Position numbers and translations under genes: made by a program
Shown here: positions 47,414 to 57,037 of the stretch, one piece after another
Layout: every line of letters starts with the position of its first letter
Numbering within the stretch: the first letter of the stretch is position 1
NCBI GenBank assembly: GCA_045863235.1
Contig: BTUM01000002.1
Span: 64,001-128,000 of the forward strand
Direction of reading: 5' to 3'
Source: Candidatus Xenobia bacterium
GTDB taxonomy: Bacteria; Vulcanimicrobiota; Xenobia; Xenobiales; QWHO01
DNA length: 64,000 nt
The notes under the pieces: model-generated
What the model was told of the DNA's origin: nothing
The model's input: only the letters and a program-made list of their open reading frames with translations
Database searches by the model: none

Positions 47414-48907
47414 TCAGAACATGAATTGCGACTCGCCTGGCACCACCTCGGGCCTGGCCGGGGCCGGGATGGCGCCATTGGCATAGTTGGACTTGACGAC
47501 CAGAAAGACCGGGTAGTTGGAGCCCGACTGGGGAAACGTCTCGATGCGGACCTCGCGCTGCTCCCCCGGCTCGAGCTCCCACTCCCCCACCTTGATCTCG
47601 CTGGCCGAGTTACCCATGTCGGTTTCCACCCTCTGGCCGTCGACATACAGGCTGCCCCGCGCTGGCCCTGCTCGAGGCACGAAGTCGATCCAGGCTTTGC
47701 GGGGAACCGCGTCAGGGTTGATCAGAAGCACTCGCACCCGATAGACCATTCCGAAGTGGCCGTAATTGGTCTCGCCCGTGCCCGGCTCCACTTCGAAGGG
47801 AGCCTCGCCCAGAGGCATGTAGGTGAAGGGACCGCCCAGGTTGTGGGCGTGGGCCACGTCCATCGCCGCTGGGAAGAGTCCGCGACCGGTCCGGCCCCCC
47901 GTATCCGGCGCCTCCTCGCTGGGAATGCTGCCCCGACCGTGCTCGCTGGCCCGGACCAACACTCGCAGCTGGGATCCGTCCAGAGGCTCGAGCCAGCCCA
48001 TGCCACTGACGGTCTGACCCGATTTGAGCAGCTTGCGGTCGAGCACCACCTCCTGCCCCGGTCCCACCCGCAAAAAGAAGCTCTCTGCCTTCTCTTGCTG
48101 GTCGAGCAGCAGCTGGGCGGCCTTGTGGCCGGCGAAGATCTCGTCGTTGCTCGGACCCACGCTGGCCACCGCCACTCGGACTCTGGCCGGTGTCGCATTC
48201 ACGTTCTTGAGCAAGACCTCGAGCTCTTGATGAGGAGCGTCCGGACTGCCTCTATGGTGGTAGAGCAAGCGGCTTGGTCCGGGTGGCAGGGGGCGATCGA
48301 GCAACATGCCGGGAGCGAGCACCAGCTCGGGACGGTTGCTGACCACCAGTGTGCGAGCCGGGGTAAAGGGCAGTTGCTGCAGGGAGACATCCACCGCGAT
48401 GGTGCGGCTGACCGGCAGCAGCCCCGGACCGCTGGCGCTCACATCCACCAGCAGAGCACCATTTGCGCGACGCGGCTGCAGGCTCAGCTGAGCTCGCGGG
48501 TCGAGCCCGGTCTGGGCATCCATGGCCACCCGCAGCGCCTGGGAGAGGACGGTGTGGGAAACGCTCTCTCCGGTCAGGCTGACGGACAGGCGAGCGGGCA
48601 GACGAGCGGCTGGAGTGCGCACCTGGATTGGCAACCCGACTTCACGAGAGCCAAAGCTGAGGCTGACCAGAGCATCGCCTTCCGCGAGGCCGCGCACCAC
48701 CACCCGGTTTCCCTCCAAGCGGGCCTCGGCCACCTCGGGGTCGGACACGATCACCTCGGGCCGACTCGGGCCCTGCCAGGCAGCGCTTCGCGCCTCTCCC
48801 AGAGGGACCACGAGCCGGGTCGGCCGGACGCTGATGGGGGGCGCGGCCAGGGCTGCCAGCATCAAGCAGGCCAGCAGGCAAAGGCCCCAAAGGCTGGAAC
48901 GGCGCAC
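47414..48907 (-). CDS. Exported hypothetical protein with pilus-assembly N-terminal/Ig-like domain
   Basis: Signal peptide and VIVSDPEVAEARLEGNRVVVRGLAEG, a pattern like the N-domain of CpaC-type proteins. Confidence 0.65.
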   Translation of the reverse strand: MRRSSLWGLCLLACLMLAALAAPPISVRPTRLVVPLGEARSAAWQGPSRPEVIVSDPEVAEARLEGNRVVVRGLAEGDALVSLSFGSREVGLPIQVRTPAARLPARLSVSLTGESVSHTVLSQALRVAMDAQTGLDPRAQLSLQPRRANGALLVDVSASGPGLLPVSRTIAVDVSLQQLPFTPARTLVVSNRPELVLAPGMLLDRPLPPGPSRLLYHHRGSPDAPHQELEVLLKNVNATPARVRVAVASVGPSNDEIFAGHKAAQLLLDQQEKAESFFLRVGPGQEVVLDRKLLKSGQTVSGMGWLEPLDGSQLRVLVRASEHGRGSIPSEEAPDTGGRTGRGLFPAAMDVAHAHNLGGPFTYMPLGEAPFEVEPGTGETNYGHFGMVYRVRVLLINPDAVPRKAWIDFVPRAGPARGSLYVDGQRVETDMGNSASEIKVGEWELEPGEQREVRIETFPQSGSNYPVFLVVKSNYANGAIPAPARPEVVPGESQFMF

Positions 48908-48984
48908 AGAAAGTGCTTCCCGGCCAGGCAGGCCGGTCCTGCCCAAACAGGAATTCGCAGGCCCGAGCAGAACGTTTCGAGCTT

Positions 48985-50145
48985 ATGTCGCGGTCTTTGA
49001 CCATTGCGGTGGACGCAACGCAGCTACCGCGGGTCCGTCGAGGGGCGGGACGGTTTACGCGCAATCTGCTCGAGGTTTGGAAACGGAAGAGCGGGGTGCT
49101 GTCGCATCGCGTTGTTCTGGTGGCCCGCGAGCGCCACCAGCTCGCTCCCCTGCAAGACGAGCTGGGGTGGGATTTCGAGTGCACCTGGGCCGGCGCTGGC
49201 TCGCGCTTCGACGTGGCACTCTTCCCCTTCGCTCGGGTCGACTGGGATCCTGAATGCCCCCGGGTGGTCTGGATCCACGATACCGCCTGCTTCGGCCCGC
49301 TGGCTTCCGCCAAGCCGGACGCCGAGCGCGAGCGAATGCGCATGGCGGCACAGGTGGCCGACCGGGTGGTGGTTCCCTCGGAGTTTTCTCGACGTGAGCT
49401 GGTGAGCGCTCTGGAGCTCCCCCTGGGCAAGGCCGAGGTGCTGGCCCCGGGAGTCGATCCCATCTTCACCCCTCCCGGCCACGATCCGCGCTTGCGCAGC
49501 GAATTCCTGGAAGAGAGCACGGGGGGCATTCCCTATATCCTGTTCGTGGGCTCGACCGAGCCTCGCAAGAATCTTTGCGGTTTGCTGGACGCCTTCACCT
49601 GGCTCTCGGGCCAGATTCCCCATCGCCTGGTGCTGGTTTGCCGCCGCCCCCGTTTAAGCCTCACTCAGCGCTTGATCGGACGGGCCTGTCCGGTGATCGA
49701 CCGAGTTCGAGCGCTGGGCAATCGGGTCGTCTTTCTGGAGGAGGTTGAGCCCGAGCGGCTGGTGCGGCTCTACCAATACTGCGATCTGTTCGTGATGCCC
49801 TCGCTGCACGAGAGCTTCGGCCTCCCGCTGCTCGAGGCCATGGCTTGCGCCGCCCCCTGCTGCGCCGCCCGGACCAGCGCTTTGAGCGAAGTTGGCGGGA
49901 CCGCGGTGCGCTGGTTCAATGCCGAAGAGCCGGTCGAGATGGCTCAGGGAATCCTGGAAGGCCTGGGCCAGGCTGAAACGCTGCGCGAGCTGGGCCCGAC
50001 TCAAGCGGCCCAGTTCGACTGGGAGCGAGCGGCCCACCGCATGCTCAAGCTCTTGGAGCGCGAGTGCGCTCCTGCGAGCAACGGCCAGGCAGCGCCCAAG
50101 ACCAACGGCTCAGCCTTTTCCCGGCGCCTCTCGACGGCGGGCTGA
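48985..50145 (+). CDS. Glycosyltransferase family 4 (GT-B)
   Basis: IHD, PSEFS, ILFVGSTEPRKN and PSLHESFGLPLLEAMAC. Confidence 0.92.
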   Translation: MSRSLTIAVDATQLPRVRRGAGRFTRNLLEVWKRKSGVLSHRVVLVARERHQLAPLQDELGWDFECTWAGAGSRFDVALFPFARVDWDPECPRVVWIHDTACFGPLASAKPDAERERMRMAAQVADRVVVPSEFSRRELVSALELPLGKAEVLAPGVDPIFTPPGHDPRLRSEFLEESTGGIPYILFVGSTEPRKNLCGLLDAFTWLSGQIPHRLVLVCRRPRLSLTQRLIGRACPVIDRVRALGNRVVFLEEVEPERLVRLYQYCDLFVMPSLHESFGLPLLEAMACAAPCCAARTSALSEVGGTAVRWFNAEEPVEMAQGILEGLGQAETLRELGPTQAAQFDWERAAHRMLKLLERECAPASNGQAAPKTNGSAFSRRLSTAG

Positions 50146-50148
50146 GAC

Positions 50149-50583
50149 TCAGTCGGCCGCCCGCCGACCTCCCCAGCGATTGCGAATCTCATCGTCGTAG
50201 CGATCAGCCAGACTGGAGATCGAGCGGACGGTGGCCTCCAACTCCGGCTTGTCGCAAGTCGAGCCCACGATCGAGTGGAGAAAGAAGATCTCGTTGTCCG
50301 ACTCGATGCCGAAGGCCCCGAAGCGGATCACCGAGTTCTGGCGAAGTAGATACTGCAGCAATTCGGGGCTCAAAGTCACCCCGTGAATGACCCGGGCCCG
50401 GGCGCAGACCACCGATTCGTCTTCCTTCCAGGGAAACACGCCCACTTCGGTCACGGCCGACCCCACTCGGACGTCGAAGACCGGCTCGCCGGCACGAGCG
50501 ACGGCCGCTTCGCCGAACAGCTCGTTGATCCAGGGAGTGATCTTGGCAAAACAAGCCTCTTGGGCTGGGGTGGTAAACAGCAT
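50149..50583 (-). CDS. YbjN/CesT-like peptide-binding chaperone family protein
   Basis: GGAGG RBS and ELLQYLLRQNSVIRFGAFGI ... GSTCDKPEL ... ADRYDDEIRNRWGG. Confidence 0.75.
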   Translation of the reverse strand: MLFTTPAQEACFAKITPWINELFGEAAVARAGEPVFDVRVGSAVTEVGVFPWKEDESVVCARARVIHGVTLSPELLQYLLRQNSVIRFGAFGIESDNEIFFLHSIVGSTCDKPELEATVRSISSLADRYDDEIRNRWGGRRAAD

Positions 50584-50645
50584 GAGGGCTCGTTTCCTCC
50601 TCTCGCAGGCTCGCTCCTCTTTGTCGTCGAAGCCGAGGGCCCGCG

Positions 50646-52412
50646 ATGACACGTCGTTTCTGGGCCATCTGGGCGGTCATGCTGGGGACCATGACCCTGG
50701 CGCTGGTTGCCGCCATGCCTTATCACCAGTTTGGTGGGTTCAACGACGATGCCTGCTACCTGATCGGCACCGAGCGACTGCTGGAGAGCGGCCGTTTGCT
50801 GGCCACCCGCGAGCAAGATGGTGGCTCGGCTCAGTATTTTCCGGGCTTCTCCATCATGCTCATTCCAGCCTACCTGCTGGGCGGAGGCTCCCCCGTCGCC
50901 CTGCAAGCCTTCTGCCTGTTGCTGACCCTGATCGGAGCCACGCTGGTGGTGCTGCTGGCTTTTCCCCGCCTGGGTCCGCTCGCAAGCACGCTCCTGGGCT
51001 TGACCTACGCCCTCACTCCGGCCGGACTGACCTTCGGCACCAGCGTGATGTCCGACATCCCTTTCAGTTGCCTGTTCCTGGCCGCTCTGGTGTGGGGTCG
51101 TCACGAATTCGACCTCAAACGCGACTGCCGCTGGCACTGGATCGGTCTGTTCGTCAGCTTTCTCTACCTGGTCCGCCTGCCCGGAGTCATGCTGGTACCG
51201 GCCTTCACTCTGTCCCTGGCCTTGCAGCGTCGCTGGAAGGCCATCGGACTCTTTGTGCTGGGGAGCCTGGCGGCGGCCCCCTATACCTTCTTCTCGATCC
51301 TGCTCTCGACCGGTTCGGGGAACTACACCAATCAGGCGGGAAGCTTTTACAAGACGGCCACAGTGGTGGACCAGTTCTTCACCTTCTGGGCTCAACTTCC
51401 GAGCTTTCTCGGGAGCGAGTTCTTGGGCCTGGGACAACCGGGCGCCTGGCTGGCCATCGCGGTGCTCCTGGGCGCCATCCCCACCCTCTGGCGCACCCGC
51501 AGCGAGCCCGTCACTTTAGGATTTCTCGGCTATCTCGCCTTTCACAACCTGTGGCCCTTCGTCTATGGCCGTTACTGGTTACCCGGCTGGCCGCTGGTGC
51601 TCTACTTCGCCCTTCAGAACCTGCCCCGGCGAGCTGCCAGCGTGGTCCTGGCCTGTCTGCTGACTCTTGCCCTGCCGCGCGACCTCGAGCTGGTGCGGCT
51701 CGGACAGTTGGCCGAGCAGCAATGGCAGGTTCGCCGTCAAGCCTATCGATGGATTCGCGACAATACTCCGCAAGACACGCTGATCTCAGCCATGATGACT
51801 TGCTGCCTGGAGTACTACACCGGCCGCAAGGTGGCTCAGGCCGGCTCGACCCGCTCCTGGAGCAGCTACCTCTTTGCCGCCGTGGCTCCCCGGGCCGACC
51901 TGATGGTGCTCGAGCCCGACGACGGCGTGGCCACCATCTTCGGACGAAAGCACGACGACATCCCTCCCCACGTGGAGCGCTGGGCCGATCACAGCAGCCT
52001 GGTCGAGAGCGTGCATCGCTCTCCCCTGGTGCTTGTCTACCGCATCAAGCCCGCCGCCATCGGCCTGGAGCTGGCTACGCCGCTCTTTCTGGCCCACTTC
52101 AGCCAGAGTGATCCCGCCCGTCAGGAGAAGCTTCTCGTTCAAGCCCTGCGGCACTGTCCCGATTACCCGGACGCCATCAATGCCCTGGCCGTTCTGTGGC
52201 TGAAGAGGGGAGATCCTCGCGCCATCCCGCTGCTCGAGCGCGAGGTGGCTCAGTATCCGTTCGACCTGGCGGCCGCTCACAACCTGGGACTGGCTCTCAA
52301 GAAGCTGGGCCAGACCGCTCGAGCGCGTGAGGTATTGGAACGAGCGATCCAGGAGGCTCGAGCCCTGGGCGAGCCGACGGCCCCGCTGGAGGCACTTGTG
52401 CAGGGTCTGTGA
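50646..52412 (+). CDS. Multi-TM GT-C-type glycosyltransferase (ArnT/PMT-like) with C-terminal TPR
   Basis: DD motif after the first TM (FNDDACY), FPGFS, MSDIPF, many TMs and AAHNLGLAL. Confidence 0.7.
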   Translation: MTRRFWAIWAVMLGTMTLALVAAMPYHQFGGFNDDACYLIGTERLLESGRLLATREQDGGSAQYFPGFSIMLIPAYLLGGGSPVALQAFCLLLTLIGATLVVLLAFPRLGPLASTLLGLTYALTPAGLTFGTSVMSDIPFSCLFLAALVWGRHEFDLKRDCRWHWIGLFVSFLYLVRLPGVMLVPAFTLSLALQRRWKAIGLFVLGSLAAAPYTFFSILLSTGSGNYTNQAGSFYKTATVVDQFFTFWAQLPSFLGSEFLGLGQPGAWLAIAVLLGAIPTLWRTRSEPVTLGFLGYLAFHNLWPFVYGRYWLPGWPLVLYFALQNLPRRAASVVLACLLTLALPRDLELVRLGQLAEQQWQVRRQAYRWIRDNTPQDTLISAMMTCCLEYYTGRKVAQAGSTRSWSSYLFAAVAPRADLMVLEPDDGVATIFGRKHDDIPPHVERWADHSSLVESVHRSPLVLVYRIKPAAIGLELATPLFLAHFSQSDPARQEKLLVQALRHCPDYPDAINALAVLWLKRGDPRAIPLLEREVAQYPFDLAAAHNLGLALKKLGQTARAREVLERAIQEARALGEPTAPLEALVQGL

Positions 52413-52484
52413 CCGACCGCGGGGAACAGTGCGAGCTTGCGAGCGTCGCCCACCTGGCAAGCGCGCTTGAAGAAGAGGAACCTC

Positions 52485-54233
52485 ATGAACAGAAGCCTTC
52501 CGCTCGACCAGCTCACCACTTTGATCACCGCCGCCCGGGGCGATGTCACCATCGACCTTCTGCTGACCAACGCCAGGGTGGTGAACGTATTCACCGGAGA
52601 GGTCCAGAACAGCTCGGTGGCAGTCCATCAGGGCTTCGTCGTCGGCCTTGGGGACTACCCCGCTCTCCAGACCGAGGACCTGCAAGGCAGCTACGTGGCC
52701 CCTGGTTTCCTGGACGCGCACATGCACCTCGAGTCGAGCATGGTGAGCCCGGCCGAGTTTGCCCGAGCGGTGGTGCCGCTGGGCACCACCGGTGTGTTCG
52801 CGGACCCTCACGAGATCGCCAATGTTTGTGGGCTGGCTGGAATCGACTACATCCTCGGCTTCAACGGCAAAATCCCGCTGGACATCTATGTCAACCTCAG
52901 CTCCTGCGTGCCCGCCACCAACCTCGAGCACTCGGGAGCCAGCCTGTCGGCTGAAGACCTGGCCACCCGATTCGAGCGGCCGGGCGTCTGCGGACTGGCC
53001 GAAGTGATGAACTTTCCCGGGGTCTTTCTGGCTGACCCCGAAGTGCTCAAGAAAATTCTGGCTGCTGGCGAGCGGCCCATCGACGGCCACTGCCCCGGTC
53101 TGAGCGGCAAGCTCCTGTCGGCCTATGTGGTCGCCGGCATCGGCTCCGACCACGAATGCACCACTTACGAGGAGGCTCTCGAGAAGCTGCGAGCCGGCCT
53201 CTCGATCATGATTCGCGAGGGCAGCGTGGCCCGTAACCTCGATGCCCTGAGCGCCCTGATCACTCCCGACCGCCTCAGCCGCCTGATGCTTTGCACCGAC
53301 GACCGCGAGCCCATCGATCTGGTCGAGCAAGGACATATCAACTATCTGATCCGCCGAGCGGCCGGGCGGGGTTTCGACCCCATCACCTCCATTCGGCTGG
53401 CCACCATCAACGTGGCCAACTACTTCGGCTTGAAACGCCGGGGGGCGGTGGCACCGGGCTATCTGGCCGATCTGGTGGTGCTGGAGGATCTCTTCTCCAT
53501 GAAGCCATCGCGCGTCTACAAGGCGGGCAAGCTGGTTGCCCGCGACGGCGAGGCTCTCTTCGAGGCCGCTCACGTAGACGACAGCCAGGTCGTGGGCACC
53601 ATGCGGATGGCCCCGCTCAGCGATGACTCTTTGAAGATCCCGGCTCGGGGCACAAGGGCGCGGGTCATCGAGCTGGTGCCGCGCCAGATCGTCACACGCC
53701 AGGCGGTGGAAGAGGTGCGCCAGGAGGACGGCCAGGTGGTGGCCGATCCCAAGCGCGACATCCTCAAGCTGGCCGTGATCGAACGTCACAAAGCCAGCGG
53801 GCAGATCGGACTGGGGCTGGCCCGAGGCTTCGGGCTCAAGCGGGGAGCGCTGGCGTCGACCGTGGCTCACGACTCCCACAATCTGGTCGTTGTGGGCGCC
53901 AACGACGCCGACATGAAGCTGGCCGCGGAGGAAGTTCAGCGCATCGGAGGGGGCCTGGCGGCCGTGGGTGACGGGGAGGTTCTGGCCAGTCTGCCGTTGC
54001 CGATCGCGGGGCTGATGTCCGACCGTCCCCTGGCCGAGGTGAAGACGCAGTTGGAAGCGATGTATGCGGCCGCGAAGAAACTTGGAGGAACGGCCGAGCA
54101 CCCCTTCATGTCCCTGGCCTTCCTGGCCCTGCCCGTGATTCCGTCACTCAAACTGACCGACATGGGGCTGGTGGACGTAGACGCCTTCCAACTTGTGGAT
54201 CTGTTCGAGGACCAGCCAGTAGCAGCTGGCTGA
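52485..54233 (+). CDS. ade: Adenine deaminase
   Basis: PGFLDAHMHLESS, DPHEIANV, EVMNFP, DGHCP, SDHEC, IREGS, CTDD and AHDSHN. Confidence 0.95.
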   Translation: MNRSLPLDQLTTLITAARGDVTIDLLLTNARVVNVFTGEVQNSSVAVHQGFVVGLGDYPALQTEDLQGSYVAPGFLDAHMHLESSMVSPAEFARAVVPLGTTGVFADPHEIANVCGLAGIDYILGFNGKIPLDIYVNLSSCVPATNLEHSGASLSAEDLATRFERPGVCGLAEVMNFPGVFLADPEVLKKILAAGERPIDGHCPGLSGKLLSAYVVAGIGSDHECTTYEEALEKLRAGLSIMIREGSVARNLDALSALITPDRLSRLMLCTDDREPIDLVEQGHINYLIRRAAGRGFDPITSIRLATINVANYFGLKRRGAVAPGYLADLVVLEDLFSMKPSRVYKAGKLVARDGEALFEAAHVDDSQVVGTMRMAPLSDDSLKIPARGTRARVIELVPRQIVTRQAVEEVRQEDGQVVADPKRDILKLAVIERHKASGQIGLGLARGFGLKRGALASTVAHDSHNLVVVGANDADMKLAAEEVQRIGGGLAAVGDGEVLASLPLPIAGLMSDRPLAEVKTQLEAMYAAAKKLGGTAEHPFMSLAFLALPVIPSLKLTDMGLVDVDAFQLVDLFEDQPVAAG

Positions 54234-54333
54234 TAGATGCCAATCACGCAGCACGACCCCTGGCCTTCCAGTCTGATTGACAATACAGAAATTAATTACC
54301 GATGATTTATCACGGAGCGGGATTGTTGTTCGA

Positions 54334-54362
54334 TTGACTCCAGGCCGCATGTTTGCTATACT
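54334..54362 (+). promoter_or_regulatory. Near-consensus sigma70 promoter
   Basis: TTGACT-N17-TATACT with extended TG, preceded by an AT-rich tract. Confidence 0.8.
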
Positions 54363-54367
54363 CTAGA

Positions 54368-54535
54368 TGGTTGATGTTCACTTCTTCCTAGATTGATCAG
54401 GGCTCGTGGAGTCCGGAAGTGTTATTGTCCCCGAGGGGACAGAAGAGCTTCGCTAAGACCGAATTGATCGGGACAGTGTGGGAAGAACGGGAACGTGACG
54501 CCAGGGCCGGCCATGACGCCGGCCTCTCTCATTTT
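54368..54535 (+). ncRNA. Candidate structured non-coding RNA (6S-RNA-like long irregular hairpin)
   Basis: Nested pairings: ATGTTC/GAACGT, TTCTTCCTA/TGGGAAGAA, TTGATCAG/TTGATCGG, GAAGT/GCTTC and apical TGTCCCC/GGGGACA. Has its own promoter and a 3' hairpin. Confidence 0.55.
54505..54535 (+). terminator. Probable terminator hairpin
   Basis: GGCCGGC-catgac-GCCGGCC followed by TCTCTCATTTT (weak U tract). Confidence 0.5.
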
Positions 54536-54584
54536 ACGGGGTCCCCACCAGGGCTGACTCCAGCCTGGTGCGAAGCAGAAGGAC

Positions 54585-55151
54585 ATGAGATGTTTGCTCC
54601 TGAGTGCTTTGTTGATTGGCGCGGCCTGGGCCGCTGATGGAGAGGTGGTGCAGACCCTCAAGGTCGACCTGAACGGTGACGGCAAGTCCGAGTCGATCGT
54701 GCTCAAACGGCTCGGCGAGCAATCCCGACTGGTGGTGCTCGACAGCCAGGGCCGAACCCTCTGGGAGGCTCCGCGCAGCGAGTTGTTCTTGTTCGGCGGT
54801 CCCCTGGACGGGGGCGATTTGCAGGCTGCCGGCGACCTGGACGGGGACAAACGGATCGACCTGGTGGGCACTTACCAGAAGAGCGACGTCAGCCCCACCC
54901 GTTTTCGCTGGTTCCGCTGGACGGGCTCCGAGCTCGAGCTGGTGAGCCAGGGCTATCTCTGCCCACTGAACCAGCGGCCGGGCACGTTCAAGCTTTCCGA
55001 GAGCCAGGGATCGCCCTATTGGGTTGAGCGGGTGCTGGCCATCGAGCCAGGTCGCATGAAGGTCGAGCTGTTCGACTCGGTCACCGATGAGCGCAACCAG
55101 ACCGTCTGGCTGCGCACCGATCGCAACGGTGAGTTTGTCATTACCCAGTGA
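54585..55151 (+). CDS. Exported protein with FG-GAP/VCBS-like Dx[DN]xDG motifs
   Basis: Signal peptide, DLNGDGKSE and GDLDGDKRIDLV. Confidence 0.75.
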   Translation: MRCLLLSALLIGAAWAADGEVVQTLKVDLNGDGKSESIVLKRLGEQSRLVVLDSQGRTLWEAPRSELFLFGGPLDGGDLQAAGDLDGDKRIDLVGTYQKSDVSPTRFRWFRWTGSELELVSQGYLCPLNQRPGTFKLSESQGSPYWVERVLAIEPGRMKVELFDSVTDERNQTVWLRTDRNGEFVITQ

Positions 55152-55152
55152 T

Positions 55153-56355
55153 TCAGGGAAGGTAGACTTCCAGGCCGGTCACGGTCACGACCGGCAGGCG
55201 AAACTGTGGATCCACGTGGCGCGTCAGCTCGAAGCGCAGACCGCCCACGTCGGCCATCCCCACCGAGACCTCGGTCCCGTCCTCGCGCAGGCTGGGTGGG
55301 CCATACTTCCCCCTGGCCCGAGGGTACACTTCCTGGACCTCCTGGAGCAGGCTGCCAACGCCCAGCGCCCCTTCCTGCAAGCGGTAAAACTCCGAGTGAG
55401 TGGTGGCGCTCACAATCTGGCGCGAAACCGGATCGATACCAATGTGCACGTCGTAGAGATCTTTGATCCGCACCACCTCGACCTCGGTCCCCTGATAGCT
55501 GGGGAACGGCTCGGGCCAGAACTGGGCGAAGAGACGGCCGGCCGGGGTGCCCATGACCACTCCACCCAGCGCGACCCCGGGGATGACTACCCCGTTCATC
55601 TGCACCATCCGTCGGGGATTGGCATTCTCCATTCGCTCGCGGAGGGCACGCTGCGCTTCCAGCTCGCGCTGCTCGGTATCCAGCGAGGTCAGCCAGCGGC
55701 GGGCATCGGGGGGATACTCCAGGCTGGGAGCCAGATCGAGCGCTCTCGACAGGAGAGCGTGGGCCCGCGAGCCCGGGTGCCGTTCGGGCTCGCGCAAGTG
55801 CAGCAAAACCAGGGCCAGGTGGACGGCCGCCTGGGTATCCTCGGGATTGCGCAGAACGTACGACTCCATGCGCTGGATGCCCGCCTCAGGATTGCTCGGA
55901 TCAATGCTGCGCAGGGCCGCCTCGCGACTCTCCATAGGAAGCAGTACCGAAAGTCTCTTGACCAGCACGTAGCGACCGTCGCGGTCCTCCACCAGCGACC
56001 CACCCATCCCGACTCCGGCCGGGCCCAACTGGTCACGCAGGGTCACCGGGGCCAACAGGGGGTCAAACATGACCTCCAGATCGAGCGGCTGGCCGCCCGG
56101 GGCCCGGGTCACGTCCAGGATCAGGTAGTAGCGACCGCGCCTGACCTCCCCCCGAGCCCGGGCCACCGACAGGCCATCCTCGGGAGTGGACAAGATGGCC
56201 TCGATCGGAGCTCCTTCGGGCAGATTGGAGCGACCCTCGACGGTCAGGGTGCGATTGGCATCGTTGGTCAACTGGACGGAAAGATCATAACGGTGAACCG
56301 GGGTAATGGTGCACCCGGTCAACAGCCACAACAGAAGTATCCAGCGTCTGGCCAC
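55153..56355 (-). CDS. Hypothetical lipoprotein
   Basis: Lipobox LLTGC after a hydrophobic stretch, and a central TPR-like helical part. Confidence 0.7.
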   Translation of the reverse strand: MARRWILLLWLLTGCTITPVHRYDLSVQLTNDANRTLTVEGRSNLPEGAPIEAILSTPEDGLSVARARGEVRRGRYYLILDVTRAPGGQPLDLEVMFDPLLAPVTLRDQLGPAGVGMGGSLVEDRDGRYVLVKRLSVLLPMESREAALRSIDPSNPEAGIQRMESYVLRNPEDTQAAVHLALVLLHLREPERHPGSRAHALLSRALDLAPSLEYPPDARRWLTSLDTEQRELEAQRALRERMENANPRRMVQMNGVVIPGVALGGVVMGTPAGRLFAQFWPEPFPSYQGTEVEVVRIKDLYDVHIGIDPVSRQIVSATTHSEFYRLQEGALGVGSLLQEVQEVYPRARGKYGPPSLREDGTEVSVGMADVGGLRFELTRHVDPQFRLPVVTVTGLEVYLP

Positions 56356-56392
56356 TAATAGGTAGTTTCCGTGAGGGCGGGGTGAGCCCCTC

Positions 56393-57037
56393 TCAGCCCC
56401 GCAGGTCGGCAATCGCGCGGGCGTAATCGCTCTGGCCGAAGATGGCGGTGGCGGCGATCAGGACATTGGCGCCGGCTTCGCGGCAGGCCGGCGCGGTCTG
56501 GGGCGCAACCCCACCGTCCACTCCGATGTCGATGGGGCGACCGGCCACCAGCTCGCGCACGCGACGCACCTTGGCCATGACCGCCGGCAGGAACCGCTGG
56601 CCCGAGAAGCCCGGGTTGACGGTCATCAGCAACACGTGATCAAGGTCATCCAGCACGTACTCCAGGAAGTCGACCGGAGTGGCCGGATTGACCGCCACGC
56701 CCGCTCGCATGCCGGCTTCTCGAATCTGGGCCAGCACCCGCTGCAGGTGGATACAGGCCTCGACGTGCACCGTCAGAAGCTGGGCTCCAGCCTGGGCAAA
56801 GGGCTCCACGAAACGACCAGGGTCAGCCACCATGGCGTGCACGTCGAAGGGTTTGTCGGTCACCGGCCGCAGGGCCTTGACCAGAACGGCACCAAAGGTC
56901 AGGTTGGGCACGAAGGCGCCGTCCATCACGTCGAGATGGATCACGTCCGCCCCGGCCGCGTCCACGGCCTGAACCTCCTCGCCCATGCGGGCAAAGTCGG
57001 CTGACAGGATGGAGGCTGATACTTGCAGCGGCCTCAA
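56393..57037 (-). CDS. rpe: Ribulose-phosphate 3-epimerase
   Basis: SILSADF, HLDVMDG, DVHAM, MTVNPGF and VDGG. Confidence 0.96.
   Translation of the reverse strand: MRPLQVSASILSADFARMGEEVQAVDAAGADVIHLDVMDGAFVPNLTFGAVLVKALRPVTDKPFDVHAMVADPGRFVEPFAQAGAQLLTVHVEACIHLQRVLAQIREAGMRAGVAVNPATPVDFLEYVLDDLDHVLLMTVNPGFSGQRFLPAVMAKVRRVRELVAGRPIDIGVDGGVAPQTAPACREAGANVLIAATAIFGQSDYARAIADLRG

Noticed and set aside
7302..54233. Nucleotide salvage genes (maf, ADA-like, deoB, ade) as a single cluster
   Set aside because: They are scattered over more than 45 kb in separate transcription units.
54277..54306. TTGACA hexamer in the AT-rich tract
   Set aside because: No convincing -10 element at 16-18 nt spacing.
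54367..54396. Micro-ORF MVDVHFFLD at the 5' end of the candidate RNA
   Set aside because: The ATG is only 4 nt from the -10 hexamer, probably upstream of the TSS, and would be buried in the closing stem.
54408..54420. GTCCGGAAG resembles part of the SRP RNA domain IV loop
   Set aside because: The flanking conserved CAGG and GCAGC elements are absent, so I did not call it ffs.
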